DNA from: Bacteriovoracia bacterium
Lineage (GTDB): Bacteria; Bdellovibrionota; UBA1018; CAIPTA01
Direction: 5' to 3'
DNA: 64,000 nucleotides
Assembly (NCBI GenBank): GCA_050246755.1
Contig: JBFWVL010000001.1
Location: forward strand, 1-64,000
The notes beneath the pieces are model-generated. The model saw only the letters and a list, made by a program, of their open reading frames with translations. It had not been told where the DNA came from and made no database searches. Positions 59,832 to 64,000 of the stretch are shown piece after piece (position 1 is the first letter of the stretch; the number at the start of each line of letters is the position of its first letter). The position numbers were made by a program, and so were the translations under genes.

Positions 59832-60787
59832 TCTGGCTATTTCTATTCTTGCTCGGCACGGATCCCGCGCAAGCTCGCGTGGAAGCCATCCTCTCGGGCT
59901 CCGAGCTCGAAGTGAGCGGGCTCCCGAACGGCTGCGTGCTCCTCGACCGCCTAGCGATTTACGCCCAGGATGGCGAGCAGGAAACCCTCGGCTACGCGGA
60001 GATCACGGGCGAGAGCGGAAAAAAAGGTTTCTGCCGCGCTACCGTAAGAACGCATTCGCGCTCCGCCCTAGTGCGCGTAGGCGATCGCACCGAGCTGCTG
60101 AACTTGCAAAAACGGGACGCCGCCTTGCCCGGCCGCTACGATCTCGTGCTGGAAGATAAGAAAAAAATTGCCGCCCGCTACAAACCTCTCGTCTACGGGG
60201 GATACCTGTTCGGGGAAACCGCTTCCACCCTCGCCGAAGGAGAATTTCTCGTGGGGGCCTCTCCGCTCTTCTACGGAATCACCCATCGCCTGCAGATCGA
60301 GACCAAGCCTTTCCTCGCCTTCGCCAAAATCGCCACGCTGAGCGGAAAATATAAATTCTACGACACGGAAGACCTTACCTTCTCGATCCTCGGCACTGGT
60401 AACCAGCACTTCGACGTGGGAAAGCGCTCGTGGAGCGCCACGCTTTTCTACGATTCCACCTCAAACTCGAGGTCGATGTCACATACCACGATCACCTTCA
60501 ACTCGAAGCTGCCGACTGAAAAGCCGCTCGAGGAGAAAGATAAGCAGAAACGCTTCTCGGCGGAGATCACCTCCACGTATGAATTCGTGTTCAAGCGCTG
60601 GCAACGTTTATTGGTGGGTCCAAAATTTACGGCGGGCGAGAAAAAAGACCTGGGCTTCGTGGCCACCGCCGTATTTCCTTACGAATATTTTCACTGGGCC
60701 GTGAACATGGAACTGAACTCCATCACGCGCTTCCAATTCCGCGAAGGAAAGCAGCTCTTCTCTTTCGATTTTTTCTGGCGCCTCTAG
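59828..60787 (+). CDS. hypothetical secreted/outer membrane protein
   Basis: ATGA overlap with the ileS stop; short signal MIWLFLFLLGTDPAQA; beta-rich C-terminus ending FDFFWRL. Confidence 0.7.
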   Translation: MIWLFLFLLGTDPAQARVEAILSGSELEVSGLPNGCVLLDRLAIYAQDGEQETLGYAEITGESGKKGFCRATVRTHSRSALVRVGDRTELLNLQKRDAALPGRYDLVLEDKKKIAARYKPLVYGGYLFGETASTLAEGEFLVGASPLFYGITHRLQIETKPFLAFAKIATLSGKYKFYDTEDLTFSILGTGNQHFDVGKRSWSATLFYDSTSNSRSMSHTTITFNSKLPTEKPLEEKDKQKRFSAEITSTYEFVFKRWQRLLVGPKFTAGEKKDLGFVATAVFPYEYFHWAVNMELNSITRFQFREGKQLFSFDFFWRL

Positions 60788-61524
60788 GAAATCCTAAACG
60801 CACGCACGGCCAGGGGCCACGTCACTTTCTTCGGGTCGTTGCCCCACGCTCCGCGCAGCTCCTCCTCAATCAGTTCCCGCGGGTCACGGCCCTGTTCTTT
60901 TTTGTATTTTGCCAGCGCCGACCAGGTGCCCAGGTAGCCGAGCATTTCGTCTGCCGACCATTCCGCCTGCATCGCAAACGAGGGCGGCGGCAGCTCGGCG
61001 AATGGAAATTTCTCGTGGCGGTAGCCCTCCTCCACTAATTTCCGGCCTTTGTCCCAATAGGAACCAAGAATTTTCTCGTAGAGGTTTTCTACTATCCTGT
61101 TTACCACGGCATTCACGCTCGCGTTGCCGTAGCTCCAGACGACGAGCGCAGCGCCGGGCTTCGCCACGCGCTTTACCTCGGCATAAAATTTGGGCTGATC
61201 AAACCAGTGGAAGGCTTGGGCCACGGTGATGAGAGCCACGGAACCAGCGCTCAGCCCGCTGTCTTCGGCGGTGGCGCAACGATACTCCACCCTCGCGCTC
61301 ACGGTAGCCTCTTTCAGCTGTTTCTCGGAGGGATCGGTGGCAACGACGGCATCGAAGAAACGCGCGAGCTCGACGGCGGCTTGGCCATTACCGGTGCCAG
61401 CGTCCCACGCCAAGGTACGATCCGCCGATAAAGACGCTACGTATTCGTATAGGGCCTCGGGATACGTGGGGCGGTACTTGGCGTAGTCGTTAGCCTGGGA
61501 AGAAAACAAATCCTTAAACTTCAC
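60784..61524 (-). CDS. class I SAM-dependent methyltransferase
   Basis: YAKYRPTYP, WDAGTGNGQ, VAQAFHWF. Confidence 0.9.
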   Translation of the reverse strand: MKFKDLFSSQANDYAKYRPTYPEALYEYVASLSADRTLAWDAGTGNGQAAVELARFFDAVVATDPSEKQLKEATVSARVEYRCATAEDSGLSAGSVALITVAQAFHWFDQPKFYAEVKRVAKPGAALVVWSYGNASVNAVVNRIVENLYEKILGSYWDKGRKLVEEGYRHEKFPFAELPPPSFAMQAEWSADEMLGYLGTWSALAKYKKEQGRDPRELIEEELRGAWGNDPKKVTWPLAVRAFRIS

Positions 61525-63609
61525 CTATTTTCTCTCTCTATCCAGAAAAAGAAAAAAAGCATAACTCAGAGCCGTATTCTTGATCGCCTCAAAGCGCCCC
61601 GAGGCTCCGCTATGTCCCGCGTCCATTTCGGTATGGAGCAGAACCAACGCGTGGTTGGTTTTCATTTTGCGCAGCTTGGCCGCCCACTTGGTGGGTTCCC
61701 AGTATTGCACTTGGGAATCGTGGAGGCCGGAGGTGATCAGGATATTGGGATAGGCCTTCGCCTTCACGTTATCGTAGGGCGAATAGGTTTTCATGTAGTT
61801 ATAGTACTCGGATTTACGCGGATCGCCCCACTCGTCGTATTCGCCGGTGGTAAGCGGGATCGTATCGTCGAGCATCGTGGTGAGCACGTCCACGAAGGGA
61901 ACCGCCGCATGGATCCCGCGGTAAAGATCGGGGCGCAGGTTCGCCACGGCTCCCATTAGCAAACCGCCGGCCGAGCCTCCTTCAGCGTAGATCCTCTTTG
62001 GATCACAATATTTTTCCTTGATGAGGAACTCCGTAACGTCGATGAAATCCGTAAAAGTATTCATCTTCTTGAGGAGCTTTCCGTTCTCGTACCAGTGCCT
62101 TCCCATTTCCGATCCGCCGCGGATATGCGCCACCGCGAACACGAAGCCGCGATCGAGCAGGCTGAACACGCTCACGCTGAAATCGGGTTCCATCGAGATC
62201 CCGTAGGAACCGTAACCGTACTGGTACAAGGGCGCCGTGCCGTCTTTTTTTAATCCCTTTTTATATACGATCGATACCGGGACCTTCGTGCCGTCGCGCG
62301 CGGTGGCCCAGGCTCGCTCGGAAGCGTAGAGCGTTGGATCGAGCGTAGGAGTTTCCCGAACTTTCTTCACCGCGCTCGTTTTCTGGGCGAAGTCGTAGTC
62401 GAAAACGGTATCGGGCTGGTTCGGGGATTCGTAGTTATAGCGGAGGTAGCCGATATCGTACATCATGTTGCGGCCCGCGCTCACCACGAAGGCCGGGTCC
62501 GGAAACGTGATCTCGTGGCTGACATTTGTTTTGCGGTCCACCACGCGCAAGCGGCGGAGCCCATCGCGGCGCTCCTCCACGGCGTAGTGCGAGCGGAAAA
62601 AGGAAACGTCTTCGAGCAGCACGTCTTTATTATGGGCAATAACCTCCGTCCACTTTTCTTTCGGCGTGGGTGCATGGGGCGCCTTCATGAGGCGGAAGTT
62701 CCTGGCCTTATAGTTAGTCACGATATAGAAAGCGTCGCCGCCGTCTTCGAGAGCGTATTCGTGATCGCGTTCGCGGGGAAGAAATACTTCGAATTTTCCT
62801 CGCGGATTTTTCGCGTCGAGGTAGCGCCACTCGGTGGAGAGCGTGGAACCCGAAACGATGAAGAGGAAGTGATCGTTCCGTGATTTCCCGATTCCTACGT
62901 TATAGGTTTCGTCTTTCTCCTCAAAGATCAAATCGTCTTTCGCGTTGCCGAGCTCGTGCCGGTAGATCCACTGGCTGCGCAGGGTCTCGGGATGCTGCTT
63001 TCCGTAAAAAATCGTCTTATTGTCTTCGGCCCATTCGTAGCCGCCGGTAGTATTTCTAATTCCTTCGCCGATCAGCTTCCCGGTTTTTAAATCCTTTACG
63101 AACAAAGTATAAAAGCGGCGGCCCTGATCATCGGCGGCGTAGACCAGCTTGGTATGGTCGGGGCTGGGGCTCGGAAAAGGCACCGAGAAATAGGAATGGC
63201 CCTTGGCGAGCTCGTTCACGTCGATCAGGATTTCTTCCTTCGCGCTCAGGCTCCCCTCTTTGCGCGCGTAGATCGGGTATTCTTTCCCCTGCTCGTAGCG
63301 GGAATAATAGAAAAACTTGCCCATCTGGAAGGGAACGGTGGAATCGTCTTCCTTGATGCGCCCGCGGATCTCGGCGTAGAGCTTTTCCCGCAGGGGCTTT
63401 ACCGATTTCAGCTGCTCTTCCACGTAAGCGTTTTCTTCGTTGAGGTATTTAATCACTTCCGGGTTTTCCCGGTCCTTCATCCAGAAATAAGGGTCGATCC
63501 GCACTTCCCCGGTGGATTTGAGCTCGGCGGGCCTTTCGGCGGCCACGGGAGGCAGGGGTGCGTGGGCACAAGCGGTCATAAATACTCCTAAAACGAAAAG
63601 GTATTTCAT
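61525..63609 (-). CDS. ptrB: oligopeptidase B (S9A), lipoprotein signal
   Basis: GGSAGG nucleophile, HDSQVQYWEP, AGH; TAC lipobox. Confidence 0.92.
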   Translation of the reverse strand: MKYLFVLGVFMTACAHAPLPPVAAERPAELKSTGEVRIDPYFWMKDRENPEVIKYLNEENAYVEEQLKSVKPLREKLYAEIRGRIKEDDSTVPFQMGKFFYYSRYEQGKEYPIYARKEGSLSAKEEILIDVNELAKGHSYFSVPFPSPSPDHTKLVYAADDQGRRFYTLFVKDLKTGKLIGEGIRNTTGGYEWAEDNKTIFYGKQHPETLRSQWIYRHELGNAKDDLIFEEKDETYNVGIGKSRNDHFLFIVSGSTLSTEWRYLDAKNPRGKFEVFLPRERDHEYALEDGGDAFYIVTNYKARNFRLMKAPHAPTPKEKWTEVIAHNKDVLLEDVSFFRSHYAVEERRDGLRRLRVVDRKTNVSHEITFPDPAFVVSAGRNMMYDIGYLRYNYESPNQPDTVFDYDFAQKTSAVKKVRETPTLDPTLYASERAWATARDGTKVPVSIVYKKGLKKDGTAPLYQYGYGSYGISMEPDFSVSVFSLLDRGFVFAVAHIRGGSEMGRHWYENGKLLKKMNTFTDFIDVTEFLIKEKYCDPKRIYAEGGSAGGLLMGAVANLRPDLYRGIHAAVPFVDVLTTMLDDTIPLTTGEYDEWGDPRKSEYYNYMKTYSPYDNVKAKAYPNILITSGLHDSQVQYWEPTKWAAKLRKMKTNHALVLLHTEMDAGHSGASGRFEAIKNTALSYAFFLFLDRERK

Positions 63610-63698
63610 GGCCTTAGCATAGCATTCCCTTGGCGGGAGGGCAGCGCAGCAAAACGGCTTTCTTTTGACAAGTTTCCCCGTCCGCGATCATATTAGGT

Positions 63699-64000
63699 AT
63701 GCAGTCTTACCAAGATTTATTGCGCCTCCTGCTCGAAAAAGGCGTGCGTAAGGAAGACCGCACCGGCACCGGCACCCTCAGCCTCTTCGGCCACCAAACC
63801 CGCTACGATTTATCCGCCGGCTTTCCCGCCCTCACCACCAAAAAGCTGCACATGCGCTCGATCATCCATGAGCTGCTCTGGTTCCTCAGCGGAGAAACAA
63901 ATATTAAATATTTACGCGACCACGGCGTGACCATCTGGGACGAATGGGCCGACCAAGACGGGAACCTCGGCCCCGTATACGGCTCGCAGTGGCGCCACTG
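63699..64000 (+). CDS. thyA: thymidylate synthase (partial)
   Basis: MQSYQDLL...KEDRTGTGT...LTTKKLH...ELLWFL...IWDEWAD...[10 protein letters not shown]. Confidence 0.95.
   Translation, partial: MQSYQDLLRLLLEKGVRKEDRTGTGTLSLFGHQTRYDLSAGFPALTTKKLHMRSIIHELLWFLSGETNIKYLRDHGVTIWDEWADQDGNLGPVYGSQWRH

Overview
A GC-rich bacterial chromosome segment, probably from a Bdellovibrionota/Oligoflexia-like organism (inference from the TIGR02147-type regulator, the GGDGVGNGG secreted protein and many signal-peptide orphans). Positions 1-28 kb hold accessory and secreted-protein genes: PLD, PA14/FN3 lipoprotein, TolC-MacAB, L,D-transpeptidase, two orphan PAS kinases, ArsC and a possible ADP-ribosyltransferase. 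Positions ~28.4-37.6 kb are a visibly AT-richer, decaying island next to tRNA-Leu(TAG). It contains three IS3 elements or remnants, repeated gene modules (Ig-like/coiled-coil protein plus TIMP/NTR-like small secreted protein), and two extra copies of the tRNA 3' end; the tRNA and the nearer copy are each followed by a 24-bp hairpin whose stems co-vary. Positions 37.7-64 kb are mostly core genes: opp ABC transporter, lpoB, rnc-era-der, fur, ileS, ptrB and thyA. The most notable signals are: (1) an IS1/IS1595-like element plus three 145-146 bp non-autonomous elements sharing its terminal repeats, all beside stop codons; (2) the tRNA-anchored hairpin repeat and the cassette array beyond it; (3) a secreted protein with a mirror-symmetric, disulfide-laddered beta-hairpin stalk and Gly/Pro tip; (4) recurrent leaderless genes with extended -10 promoters. 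No CRISPR array or rRNA was seen. All family assignments come from reading motifs by eye, not from database searches.
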